From a bacterium (GTDB lineage Bacteria > Joyebacterota > Joyebacteria > Joyebacterales > Joyebacteraceae), in assembly GCA_029990205.1 (NCBI GenBank), contig JAPEKQ010000002.1, positions 96,845 to 160,844 on the forward strand: 64,000 nucleotides of DNA, read 5' to 3'. Numbering within the stretch: position 1 is the first letter of the stretch; each line of letters opens with the position of its first letter. Below are positions 20,783 to 30,224 of this stretch, piece by piece. Under the pieces are notes generated by a model, which ran no database searches, was not told the DNA's origin, and saw only the letters and a program-made list of their open reading frames with translations. Made by a program: the position numbers and the translations under genes.

Positions 20783-21517
20783 CTACCCCACCGCCCCGCG
20801 AATGTATATGGGCTCGAGCGCGCCCGCGTCGGCCGCGCCGGCGACCCCCGACCGCTCCGCAAGCTCCGCAAGCACGAGCGTCGTGCGTGCTTCCGGACCA
20901 TGCGCTGCGAACGACGCGGACGGCCCGACCGCGCCGACGATGTCATCACGATAGGCCGCGGCACCCGTGCCGCCGAAGAGAACGCGCTCGCCGCCCGCCT
21001 GCTCCACGGCCCACCGGGCCGCCTCGCCCGGCGGGAGCGCGGTGTCGTCGGTCGCCCGCCGCAGCGATCCGTCTCCGGCGCGCTCGAAGAGCGCCCCGTA
21101 GACCTCGCCGCGCCGCGCGTCGGTGGCCGCGAAGATCCACCGGACTTCGCCGGCGGTATCGGTCGCGTCGTCCGCGACGCCCGCGTCTCCCTCGTCCGTT
21201 CCCGACGCGAGTGCGTTGGCGAGCGCCTCCAGCGCGGAGATGCCCCAGACCGGACGTCCACCGGTCGCCGCGAGCCCCTTCGCGGTCGCGAGACCCACGC
21301 GGAGCCCGCTGAACCGCCCCGGACCGATGGAGACCGCGATGCCGTCCAGATCCGTGAGTTCGGTCCCAGAATCCGCCAACACCTCATCGACGGCCGCGAG
21401 CACCGTCTTCGACTGGCCTCGTCCCGCCGGGGTGGCGGTCGATGCCAGCACGTGTCCGGCGTCCACGACGCCGACGAACTCGGTCTGGCCCGATGTGTCG
21501 ATGGTCAGGATGCGCAC
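20783..21517 (-). CDS. tsaB: tRNA t6A37 biosynthesis protein TsaB (YeaZ)
   Basis: MRILTIDTSGQ...GPGRFSGLRVGLATAKGLA. Confidence 0.85.
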   Translation of the reverse strand: MRILTIDTSGQTEFVGVVDAGHVLASTATPAGRGQSKTVLAAVDEVLADSGTELTDLDGIAVSIGPGRFSGLRVGLATAKGLAATGGRPVWGISALEALANALASGTDEGDAGVADDATDTAGEVRWIFAATDARRGEVYGALFERAGDGSLRRATDDTALPPGEAARWAVEQAGGERVLFGGTGAAAYRDDIVGAVGPSASFAAHGPEARTTLVLAELAERSGVAGAADAGALEPIYIRGAVG

Positions 21518-21546
21518 GTCCCGACTCCTTCAGATACTCGTCTGCA

Positions 21547-22041
21547 TCAGATGCTCGTCGCCTCAGACGTCGTCTGCGACGCCTCGAGGCCCCGGACGAT
21601 CACCTCACTCCGTGGGCCGCTCGCGGTGATCGTGAAGATCCGTCGCTCGCGCCCCGCCGAGTCGATGTGGACGTCGACCCGGTCGTCCGGGAGAAAACTC
21701 GAACCTCGTCCGGCCCACTCGACGAGCGCCACTCCGTCGCCGAAGAAGAGCTCGCGGTAGCCGAGGTCGTCGATCTCGGCCTCGTCGGATATCCGGTAGA
21801 GGTCCACGTGATGGATGTCCACGAGACCGCGGTACTCATTGACGATGACGAACGTGGGGCTGGAGACATATCCGTCGAACCCGAGCGCGACGGCGATCCC
21901 CTGAGCGAGCACGGTCTTGCCCGCGCCCAGTTCGCCCCGGAGCGCCACGACGTCGCCGGCCCCGAGCAGCGCGCCAAGCGCTCCGCCCAGCTCACGGGTC
22001 TCGTCTGCCGACGCCGTCCCGATCACGATCGATGCGCTCAT
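21547..22041 (-). CDS. tsaE: tRNA t6A37 biosynthesis ATPase TsaE (YjeE)
   Basis: GELGAGKTVLAQGIAVALG...SPTFVIVNEY...HVDLYR. Confidence 0.85.
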   Translation of the reverse strand: MSASIVIGTASADETRELGGALGALLGAGDVVALRGELGAGKTVLAQGIAVALGFDGYVSSPTFVIVNEYRGLVDIHHVDLYRISDEAEIDDLGYRELFFGDGVALVEWAGRGSSFLPDDRVDVHIDSAGRERRIFTITASGPRSEVIVRGLEASQTTSEATSI

Positions 22042-23610
22042 CTACGTCCTCGGCGTCAGCACGGCGCACGGGAGGATCATCTCCTCGGTCGATATGCCGC
22101 CGTGCTGGAAGCTGCCGCGATACTGCCGCTCGTAGCGATGGAACTCCGTCGGGTAGACGAAGTAGTAGTCCTCCTTCGCGATGGCGTACTGCTTGCTCGC
22201 GCCGTCGCTCGGAAGCTTGAAGCGGGCAGGATCGCCGATGAGGAAGGTCTCCTTCTCGTTGTAACCCAGGTTGCTGCCGAACTTGTACCGGAGATTGGTC
22301 GACGTCTCCTTGTTCCCGCGCACGAGCGCCGCCCGCTTTCCGAGCACGGCGCCGTGGTCGGTCGTGAGAACGACCGTCGCCTTCTGCCGCGCCATCTCTG
22401 CGATGATGTGATAGAGCGCGGAGTGATTGAACCACGACCGCACGAGCGAACGGAACGCCGGCTCGTCGGGCGCGATCTCCTGGAGGATCTCCGACTCGGA
22501 CCGCGAGTGCGAAAGGATGTCGACGAAGTTGTAGACGAGCGACACGAACGGATAGTCGTGGTACGAGGTCATCTGCCGCTGCACGTTGTCGGCCTCGTCC
22601 TTCTCGTAGATCTTGATGTACTTGTGCTCGGGCGACAGACGGATGCCCATCCGCTGAAGCTGGAGGTCCATCAGCTGACGCTCGTACCGGTTCTTGCTGT
22701 ACTCGTCACGCGAGTGTGTGTCCCACAGTCCCGGGTAGTGATCGGTCAGCTTGACGGGCCACTCCCCGCTAAAGAGCGAGTTGCGCGAGAACGGCGTCGC
22801 CGTGGGCAGGATCGAGTAGTAGTAGTGGTTCTCGATGGAGAACATCGGTTCGAGACTCGGGATAAGACTCATCCAATGGTCGAGTCGCATGCAATCGAGC
22901 ACGACGAAGTAGACCTTCTTCTTGGCCTTGAGCAGCGGGCCGGCGAACGTATTGAACACGTCCGGCGACAGCAGCGGCCGGTCGGTCTCGTCGTTGACCC
23001 ACCCCTCGTACTCGCGCTCGACGTAGCGACTGAACTCGGCGTTCGCCATGTGCTGGAGGTCGGCGTGCGCCTGTCTGAGCCCGGGGTCACGGACACGGTC
23101 GAGGTCGAGGTCCCACTGGACGAGGCGCGTGTAGGTCTGGATCCAGTCGCGCCAGTCCATCGGACCCATGATGCGCTGGCGGAGCTGGTTGCTCTCCGCC
23201 GCGTAGGTCTGCGCCATCTGGTCCTGCGCCATCTTGCGGCCGTCGAGCAGACGCTTGATCGCCAGAAGCACCTGCGTCGGTTTGACGGGCTTGATGAGGA
23301 AGTCATCGATGCGCCTTCCGAGCGCATCGTTCATCAGCTCCTCTTCCTCGCTCTTCGTCACCATGACGACGGGGACCGACGGGTCGATCTCCTTGAGCTC
23401 CTCGAGCGTCGAGAGACCGTCGAGACCCACCATCATCTCATCGAGCAGGATGAGATCGTAGCTTCCGCCGCCCTTCACATCCTCGAGCGCCGCCTCGCCG
23501 CTCGTCGCCGTGTTCACCGCATAGCCGCGCTGCTCGAGGAAGATGATGTGCGGCTTGAGCATGTCTATCTCATCGTCGACCCAGAGGATCTTGCGTTCCG
23601 TTGCGTTCAT
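22042..23610 (-). CDS. response regulator with C-terminal PglZ/alkaline-phosphatase-like domain (PorX-like)
   Basis: CheY receiver KILWVDDEIDML...DLILLDEMMVGLDG...FLIKP, followed by about 390 aa with YFVVLDCMRLDHW and HGGISTEEMILP (PglZ hallmarks). Its stop abuts the tsaE ATG. Confidence 0.8.
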   Translation of the reverse strand: MNATERKILWVDDEIDMLKPHIIFLEQRGYAVNTATSGEAALEDVKGGGSYDLILLDEMMVGLDGLSTLEELKEIDPSVPVVMVTKSEEEELMNDALGRRIDDFLIKPVKPTQVLLAIKRLLDGRKMAQDQMAQTYAAESNQLRQRIMGPMDWRDWIQTYTRLVQWDLDLDRVRDPGLRQAHADLQHMANAEFSRYVEREYEGWVNDETDRPLLSPDVFNTFAGPLLKAKKKVYFVVLDCMRLDHWMSLIPSLEPMFSIENHYYYSILPTATPFSRNSLFSGEWPVKLTDHYPGLWDTHSRDEYSKNRYERQLMDLQLQRMGIRLSPEHKYIKIYEKDEADNVQRQMTSYHDYPFVSLVYNFVDILSHSRSESEILQEIAPDEPAFRSLVRSWFNHSALYHIIAEMARQKATVVLTTDHGAVLGKRAALVRGNKETSTNLRYKFGSNLGYNEKETFLIGDPARFKLPSDGASKQYAIAKEDYYFVYPTEFHRYERQYRGSFQHGGISTEEMILPCAVLTPRT

Positions 23611-23629
23611 GTGTTGTCAGACCTTCTCT

Positions 23630-24910
23630 CTACGTCGTCGGCAGGCAGATGACGAACGTCGTCCCCTTCCCTACCTCGGACCACCCCACGTACAGACGTC
23701 CCTTGTGGTACTCCTCGACGATCCTTCGCGCGAGCGCGAGACCGAGTCCCCACCCCTTTCGCTTGGTGGAGAAGCCCGGAAGGAACACGCGCCGGCGATC
23801 GGCCTGGGTCATCCCCTTGCCGTCGTCGGTGACGAGCACGCGCACGAATCCGTCCTTGGGCGAGTGCTCGGTCGTGATCTCGATTCGTCCGCCCTCCGGC
23901 GGGAGCGCTTCCAGTGAGTTCTTCACGAGATTCTCGATGACCCACTCGACAAGCTCGCGATTGACGTCGACCAGCGGCACATCATCGTACTGCTCGACGA
24001 TCTCGACGTGCTGCGTCAGCGACGGCAGCCGCCGCCTCAGATAGTCGACCGAGTCCCGGAGAACCACGACGAGATCCTGCCGCTGCGTCTTCGGGATCGA
24101 CCCGATCTGGTTGAACCTGAGCGAGATCTTCTCGAGCCGGGCGAGATCGGTCTGCATCTCGGCGGCGTAACGGTCCGCCTCGACGCACGAGCCGCATCCC
24201 TCACACGCGTTCTCCCGCAGGAGCTCCGTCCACCCCATCAGCGACGAGATCGGCGTCCCGAGCTGGTGAGCCGTCTCCTTGGCAAGCCCGACCCAGATGG
24301 AGCGGAGCTCGGCGATCTTCGCGTTTCGGAACCCGAGGAGCCCAAGCACCAGAAGCACGCCGAACGCCGCGATCTCGATGGCGGGGACGAACCGCATCTC
24401 GCGGATCATGTTCGACTCGCCGTAGTGGATGTACCCCAGCACGGTGTCGTCGCCGAGGTGCGTCATCTGCATCGCGGAGCGTCTCCGGTCGAGCTCCGCC
24501 CCGAACCGCATGACGTCCCCGAGGGGCGTGTCTGGCGGATCCAGCGGGTCGGCCGTGATGTAGTCCTCGTGCGTCGCGTCCTCCGGGTCGGCTTCGAACG
24601 GGAGGTTTCGCCACGTGATCGGAACGCCCCGGACATCAGAGATGATGATCGGGAAGTTGATCGACTCGATCAGCTCGCCGAAGACGACGGAGAGCTCCTC
24701 GTCCTCACGGGCGGCGTACGTGGCCGTCGCGCAGAGTCCGGCGATCGAGCGCGAGAGCGTCGCCGACTGGTCCTCGAGCCTGCGGATGATGCTGTTGGTG
24801 TAGAGGAAGATGAAGACGGCGAGCACCGAGACGGCCACGAAGACCCATCCCCGGGTCCTCATTCCCGCGATGTGCTCGGCATCCACTCTGGAGCGGCGTA
24901 TCGGACCCAC
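23630..24910 (-). CDS. sensor histidine kinase (PorY-like partner), two TM segments
   Basis: H-box ETAHQLGTPISSLMGW. ATPase motifs NLVKNSLEA, DDGKGM, GWGLGL. Start is uncertain: GTG 24910 or ATG 24862. Confidence 0.85.
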   Translation of the reverse strand: MGPIRRSRVDAEHIAGMRTRGWVFVAVSVLAVFIFLYTNSIIRRLEDQSATLSRSIAGLCATATYAAREDEELSVVFGELIESINFPIIISDVRGVPITWRNLPFEADPEDATHEDYITADPLDPPDTPLGDVMRFGAELDRRRSAMQMTHLGDDTVLGYIHYGESNMIREMRFVPAIEIAAFGVLLVLGLLGFRNAKIAELRSIWVGLAKETAHQLGTPISSLMGWTELLRENACEGCGSCVEADRYAAEMQTDLARLEKISLRFNQIGSIPKTQRQDLVVVLRDSVDYLRRRLPSLTQHVEIVEQYDDVPLVDVNRELVEWVIENLVKNSLEALPPEGGRIEITTEHSPKDGFVRVLVTDDGKGMTQADRRRVFLPGFSTKRKGWGLGLALARRIVEEYHKGRLYVGWSEVGKGTTFVICLPTT

Positions 24911-24952
24911 GGCGAAGCCCCCGTAAGTTGAGGCGTGTTCGTCTACTTCGAC

Positions 24953-24981
24953 AGTCTAGACCCGCCCCCTGGACGAGTCAA
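24953..24981 (-). promoter_or_regulatory. candidate sigma70-type promoter for the kinase/regulator operon
   Basis: Minus strand reads TTGACT, 17 nt, TAGACT. It lies about 40 nt upstream of the kinase start. Confidence 0.5.
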
Positions 24982-25002
24982 GCGAGCCGGAAGGTACCAC
25001 AC

Positions 25003-25035
25003 GTGCAAGAGAGAGGCCGGGACGAGCCCGGCCTC
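25003..25035 (-). terminator. terminator after serS
   Basis: GAGGCCGGG-cucgu-CCCGGCCUC followed by UCUCUCUUGC. Confidence 0.6.
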
Positions 25036-25095
25036 GGTGTCTCCGACCTGTTCGTCCGGTCATCCGGCCGCGCGCAGCGCCGCCGTCCGTGCGGT

Positions 25096-26373
25096 CTACC
25101 CGGCGCCGATCTCCTCGCGACCGTCCATGTAGGGCCGCAGGGCCTCCGGGATGACCACGGTTCCGCGTTCGGTCTGGTAGTTCTCGAGGATGGCGACCAT
25201 CGTGCGCGGCAGCGCGACCCCCGAACCGTTGAGCGTGTGAACGAACGTGGACTTGCCACCACCCGCGGGCTTGTACCGGATGCCGGAACGCCGCGCCTGG
25301 AAGTCGCCGAAGTTGCTGCACGACGACGCCTCGAGCCACTTGCCGATACCGGCGGCCCAGACGTCGATGTCGTAGCACTTGGCCGCGGCGAACGAGAGGT
25401 CGCCGGTGCAGAGCTCCTTCACCTGGTACGGGATGCCGAGTCGCTGGAGGATGTCCTCGGCGTTCGCGGTGAGCGTCTCGAGTTCATCGTACGATGTCTC
25501 CGGTACGACGAACTTCACCATCTCGACCTTGTCGAACTGGTGGATTCGCATCAGCCCGCGCGTGTCCTTGCCGTACGAGCCGGCCTCGCGACGGAAGCAC
25601 GGCGTGTACGCGGTCCGCATCACCGGGAGGTCCGACTCCGGCAGCGTGTCGTCGCGGTAGAGGTTCGTCACGGGAACCTCGCCCGTCGGGATCAGGAAGA
25701 GGTCGTCGCCCTCGCACCGGTACATGTCGTCCTCGAGCTTCGGCAGCTGGCCGGTCCCGAGCATCGAATCGCGGTTCGCCACGAACGGCGGCGACACCTC
25801 GGTGTAGCCGTGCTCCTTCGTGTGGACGTCGAGCATGAACGCGATCATCGCGCGTGCGAGCCTCGCGCCGTCACCGATGAACACCGGGAAGTTCGACCCG
25901 GCGATCTTCGTGCCGCGCGCGAAATCCAGCAACCCCAGCTCCTCACCGATCTCCCAATGCGGCACCGGGCTCTCGATGAGCGACCCGGGCTCCCCCCACG
26001 TCCGGACGACGACATTCTCGTCTTCGGTCCGTCCGACGGGGACCGACTCGTGCGGGATGTTCGGGAGCGTGATGAGCTGCGCGTGGATGTTCGCGCGGAG
26101 TTCGGAGATCTCCTCGTCGAAGCTCCCGATCTCGGCGGAGACGGCGCGCATCTTCTCGATGATCTCGCTGGCGTCCTCGCCCGCCTTCTTGAGCTTCGCG
26201 ACGCGCTCGCTCTCGGTGTTCCTGATCGCCTTGAGCTCCTCGGCTTTGCCGAGCAGGGCACGGAGCTCCTCGTCGAGCCGGAGAAGCGTATCGAGCTCCG
26301 CCTTCTCGCCCTTGTTCGCGATCGCCGTCTTCACAACGTCGGGGTTCGATCTCACATATCTCAGGTCCAGCAT
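25096..26373 (-). CDS. serS: seryl-tRNA synthetase
   Basis: MLDLRYVRSNPDVV, an N-terminal coiled coil, and the class II core FRREAGSYGKDTRGLMRIHQFDKVE. Confidence 0.95.
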   Translation of the reverse strand: MLDLRYVRSNPDVVKTAIANKGEKAELDTLLRLDEELRALLGKAEELKAIRNTESERVAKLKKAGEDASEIIEKMRAVSAEIGSFDEEISELRANIHAQLITLPNIPHESVPVGRTEDENVVVRTWGEPGSLIESPVPHWEIGEELGLLDFARGTKIAGSNFPVFIGDGARLARAMIAFMLDVHTKEHGYTEVSPPFVANRDSMLGTGQLPKLEDDMYRCEGDDLFLIPTGEVPVTNLYRDDTLPESDLPVMRTAYTPCFRREAGSYGKDTRGLMRIHQFDKVEMVKFVVPETSYDELETLTANAEDILQRLGIPYQVKELCTGDLSFAAAKCYDIDVWAAGIGKWLEASSCSNFGDFQARRSGIRYKPAGGGKSTFVHTLNGSGVALPRTMVAILENYQTERGTVVIPEALRPYMDGREEIGAG

Positions 26374-26412
26374 AGGCTTACCCCTCGGGGCGCACGCTCA
26401 CGCGCGGCGCTC

Positions 26413-27567
26413 CTAGCGTACTTCGATGGTCTCACGGGAATGACGTTCCGCCGCTTCGTCGTCGGTCTCCGCGGCTCCGCCCGACTCGACGGCCGCCGCT
26501 GCCAGGAGCTCGATCTCCTCCTCGGTCGGACGCACGACGCGGGAGCCCGCGGGCTCCGTCGTCGGCACGCGGAACAGCCGGTGTCCGAGAAGCAGAAGAC
26601 CGCCGGTCACGGCCAGCGTTGCGAGCGCCAGGATCTCGAGCCGTTCACGCTGGAAGAGCGACAGATAGACGGCGACGCCGGTGAGCGACGCCGAGATCAG
26701 GTAGATACTGGCGGCAGTCTGCCGCGCTGAGAGACCGAGCCGCGCCATACGGTGCGAGCTGTGGTCCTTGCCTCCCATGGCAACGTCACGGCCCTCGGCG
26801 AGACGCGAGACGGTCACGAGCGTCGCGTCGAAGACCGGATATCCGAGCATCAGCACGGGGATGAGAAGCGCCGTCGGTTCGGCGCCGGCATAGGAGACGG
26901 CTCTCAGAGACAATCCGCCCACGACATAGCCGAGGAACAGGCTCCCCGCGTCCCCGAGGAAGATCGAGGCCGGATTGAAGTTGTACCGGAGGAACCCGAG
27001 CGCGCCGCCGGCGACCGAGATGGCCGCGATGGCGGTCAGCATCTGTCCGTGCCCGAGCGCGAGCGTGAAGATACCGAAGGTCGCAATCGCCGCGAGCCCC
27101 GACGTGATGCCGTCCATGTTGTCGAGGAAGTTGAACGCGTTCATTAGACCGACCATCCAGACGAGGGCCAGACAGAACCCGAGCACCGGATGGAGCGGCA
27201 GTCCCTGGACGCCGCCGGAGAGCAGCATCACCGATGCCGCGGCCGCCTGCCCCATGAGCTTGACCGAAGGCCGCATGCCGTTGGCATCGTCGGCAAGCCC
27301 GAGGATGACAACGATGAGACCGCCCGACATGAACCCCACGATCCGCGCGCTGTACGGATACTCGATGAGCGCGAGCGCGGCGGCGGCCGAGGCCATGCTG
27401 GCAAGCGCAACAGCGATACCGCCCATCAGCGGCGTCGGGTTCGTGTGGACCTTGATCCGATTGGGATGGTCAAGAAAACGGAGGCGGGTGGCCAGACTCC
27501 GAAGGGCCGGAGTCAGGGCCAGTACCGACAGCATCGAGAGTGCGAATGCGCCCAGGAAGATCATCAT
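26413..27567 (-). CDS. glycosyltransferase family 4 polyprenyl-phosphate sugar-1-phosphate transferase (WecA/MraY-like)
   Basis: Polytopic protein with NAFNFLDNMDGI and IFLGDAGSLFLG motifs. Confidence 0.85.
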   Translation of the reverse strand: MMIFLGAFALSMLSVLALTPALRSLATRLRFLDHPNRIKVHTNPTPLMGGIAVALASMASAAAALALIEYPYSARIVGFMSGGLIVVILGLADDANGMRPSVKLMGQAAAASVMLLSGGVQGLPLHPVLGFCLALVWMVGLMNAFNFLDNMDGITSGLAAIATFGIFTLALGHGQMLTAIAAISVAGGALGFLRYNFNPASIFLGDAGSLFLGYVVGGLSLRAVSYAGAEPTALLIPVLMLGYPVFDATLVTVSRLAEGRDVAMGGKDHSSHRMARLGLSARQTAASIYLISASLTGVAVYLSLFQRERLEILALATLAVTGGLLLLGHRLFRVPTTEPAGSRVVRPTEEEIELLAAAAVESGGAAETDDEAAERHSRETIEVR

Positions 27568-27770
27568 GGTCTCGTGTGGTACCCGTCTTCGTATCGCCCG
27601 GCATTGAACCGAGCTGGCCGACTGCTGTCAAGCCGATTCTCCCGCAACCGCGCGGGTACTGCTATCGGATGCTCCACCACATAGCTAGCAGTCTTCGGAC
27701 GCGTACCTCCTCCTGCGTGATCTCCGTGCAGTTCTGCGCGGCGCTCTGCGCCTCTTCCCGAATCGACCGG

Positions 27771-28730
27771 CTACTTCCTGAAGTGTTCGACGACGCGCTC
27801 GAGCAGTTCCTGCAGAGTCACCTGCGGCTCGTAGCCCACGAACTCCTTGATCTTCTCAAGGTCCGGGACGCGCTCGCGCATGTCCTCGAAGCCCTCTTCA
27901 TACGCCTTGTCGTACGGTATGTATTCTATCTGAGAATGACTTCCTGTCAACTCTTTGATTCGGGTCGCCAGTTCCTCGATAGAGATCGGTACGTTGCTGC
28001 CTACATTGAACACCTCACCGACGGCCTTCGGCTCGTCCATGAGAGCCAGCACGGCGCGGACGACGTCGGAGACCTCGCAGAAGCATCGGGTCTGCTTGCC
28101 GTCCCCGTAGACCGTGATCGGGTGGTCGAGGAGCGCCTGCTTCACGAAACGAGGGATGACCATCCCGTACTGCCCGGTCTGCCTTGGACCGCAGGTGTTG
28201 AAACACCTGACGATGACGACCGGGAGCTGCTTCTCCCGGTGGTAGGCCAGCGAGAGGAACTCGTCGATGGCCTTCGCCGACGAGTATCCCCAGCGGGCGA
28301 TCGTCGTCGTTCCCAGGATCCGATCGTCCGTCTCCTTGCACGGCTGGTGGTTGGCCTTGCCGTAGATCTCCGAGGTCGAGAAGATCATGACCTTCTTCTT
28401 TCCCTCGTTCGCTGCCTGTAGGACGTACTCCGTGCCCTTGATATTCGTCTCGAGCGACTGGAGCGGGTTCTCGATGATGTACGCCACGCCGACGGCGGCC
28501 GCCAGATGGAAGACGGCGTCGACCTTCGCGACGTGCTCGTTGAGCACACGCACGTCGAGGATCGTATCGATTGTGTAGTGGAACTTCGGGTTGTCCTCAA
28601 GGTGGGCGATGTTCTCAAACCTGCCGGTCGAGAGGTCGTCCATCACCCAGACCTCATCTCCCCTGTCGAGCAGAGCCTCAACCAGATGTGAACCGATGAA
28701 ACCGGCGCCGCCGGTGACGAGGATCTTCAT
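27771..28730 (-). CDS. NAD-dependent nucleotide-sugar epimerase/dehydratase (extended SDR)
   Basis: MKILVTGGAGFIGSHL with the YSSAK catalytic motif. Start at ATG 28730. The 82-codon upstream part of the track ORF has no SDR similarity. Confidence 0.85.
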   Translation of the reverse strand: MKILVTGGAGFIGSHLVEALLDRGDEVWVMDDLSTGRFENIAHLEDNPKFHYTIDTILDVRVLNEHVAKVDAVFHLAAAVGVAYIIENPLQSLETNIKGTEYVLQAANEGKKKVMIFSTSEIYGKANHQPCKETDDRILGTTTIARWGYSSAKAIDEFLSLAYHREKQLPVVIVRCFNTCGPRQTGQYGMVIPRFVKQALLDHPITVYGDGKQTRCFCEVSDVVRAVLALMDEPKAVGEVFNVGSNVPISIEELATRIKELTGSHSQIEYIPYDKAYEEGFEDMRERVPDLEKIKEFVGYEPQVTLQELLERVVEHFRK

Positions 28731-28965
28731 GAACAGGAACCTTTCCGAAGCCCGTGGGCCTGTATGCAGTCGGTGCCCCGCAGGGCACGGTGATGGTCGC
28801 AACTTACCGTAACATTGGAGTATACAGCCACCAGCCCACCCGGGCAAGCCGTTTGGCGCCGCTCCGGGCGCTTCACCTCTCCCCATCTCCTCCTGCAAAC
28901 CCCATGCCCCGGGCTTGAACACGGTACGTGACAGGCAGTTACGCCGCGCGCCTTGAGCTTGCCGA

Positions 28966-28994
28966 TTGACCTTCACCGGCGGCTGCGGTACGGT
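28966..28994 (+). promoter_or_regulatory. candidate promoter giving a leaderless or near-leaderless mRNA for the 29003 glycosyltransferase
   Basis: TTGACC, 17 nt, TACGGT. Only 8 nt (ttcccgct, no SD) separate the -10 from ATG 29003. Confidence 0.45.
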
Positions 28995-29002
28995 TTCCCG
29001 CT

Positions 29003-30196
29003 ATGAAGGTCCTCTACATCACACAGGGCTTCCCGGCCAACAGCATGGTCGGCGGTCAGATATCAAGCTACTATCGTATCGTCCAGCTTGTCCGGGCCGG
29101 GCACGACGTCACGGCGCTCTGCCTCGTCCCGAAGGGGAACGCGCTGACCAACTCGTTGGAGCTCGAGGAGCTCTGCCGCGTCGTTCCCGTGCGTGACGTC
29201 CCGAGGACGACGGCTCTCCGGCTGGCGCTCGGACTCTTCGACCGGCTCCCGTGGCCGATCCGGCGATACAGCTCGCGGGCGGCCGCGCGGACGGCGGCCG
29301 AACTCGCCGGCTCGTTCTCCCCCGATCTCGTCGTCTTCAACAGCCTCCACAGCGCGCCCCTGCTCCCGGCCGTCAGAGCGGCATCCCGCGCCCCGTGCCT
29401 GCTCTTCTCACCGAACGTCCAGTCGACCATCATGCGGCTCTTCGCCGCTCATCAGAGCGGACCGCTGGCGCGACTCTACGCCTGGGACCAGGCGCAGAAG
29501 ACGCGCGAGTATGAGAGCGCGCACGCTGGTCGATTCGATGCGGTCTGCGTCTACTCGCGCACGGACGCAGACGGACTCTCCGAGCTCGCTCCGGACGCGG
29601 CGATCGAGATCGTGCCGATGGCGCTCGACATCGACGCCATGGGCAAACCGGCCGCGCCGGACTTCGATCTGCTCCTGACAGGCAGCTTCGAGTGGCGCCC
29701 GAACGTTGACTCGCTCACCTGGTTCATTCGCGAGATCCATCCGCGCATCCTCGAGCGGCGTCCGGGAACGACCGTGCGGGTCGTCGGGCCCGGGTCGGAC
29801 AAGCTCCGCGACCAACTGGCGTCACCGGGCGTGATGTTCGAGGGACGCGTGGACGACATTGCCCCGTACTTCAGGAGCACCCGGCTTCTTCTCGTTCCGC
29901 TGAGGATCGGGAGCGGGATCCGTGTGAAGATCGTCCAGGCCTTCGGAGCGCGGGTGCCCGTGGTGAGCACGGCGAAGGGATGCGAGGGGCTCGAGGTCGA
30001 TACGGGGAAGCACCTGATGGTCGCCGACGAGCCGACGGAGTTCGCGGCGATGGTCGCCGAGCTGCTCGACGACACCGACATGAGAAACAGGCTCGCGCGC
30101 GAGGGACGCGCGCTCGCCGAGCGGATGCACGATGCGCTCGCGACCGACCGACCCTTCGTCCGCGTGTGTGAGAAGCTCGGAGGATCCCCGGACTGA
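29003..30196 (+). CDS. glycosyltransferase, GT-B fold (family 1/4 type)
   Basis: MKVLYITQGFP... The C-terminal half has the RIGSGIRVKIVQAFGARVPVVST..G.EG pattern. Confidence 0.78.
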   Translation: MKVLYITQGFPANSMVGGQISSYYRIVQLVRAGHDVTALCLVPKGNALTNSLELEELCRVVPVRDVPRTTALRLALGLFDRLPWPIRRYSSRAAARTAAELAGSFSPDLVVFNSLHSAPLLPAVRAASRAPCLLFSPNVQSTIMRLFAAHQSGPLARLYAWDQAQKTREYESAHAGRFDAVCVYSRTDADGLSELAPDAAIEIVPMALDIDAMGKPAAPDFDLLLTGSFEWRPNVDSLTWFIREIHPRILERRPGTTVRVVGPGSDKLRDQLASPGVMFEGRVDDIAPYFRSTRLLLVPLRIGSGIRVKIVQAFGARVPVVSTAKGCEGLEVDTGKHLMVADEPTEFAAMVAELLDDTDMRNRLAREGRALAERMHDALATDRPFVRVCEKLGGSPD

Positions 30197-30224
30197 AGGC
30201 GTATGGGAACGTAGAAGGGAGCGC

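Noticed and set aside
24911-25095. Possible T-box or other riboswitch leaders upstream of aminoacyl-tRNA synthetase genes (the serS region and the gltX leader at 60881..60973)
   Set aside because: This 185-nt spacer lies downstream of serS. It is explained by a terminator plus the kinase promoter. The gltX leader is only about 90 nt, too short for a T-box, and no specifier or T-box consensus is seen.
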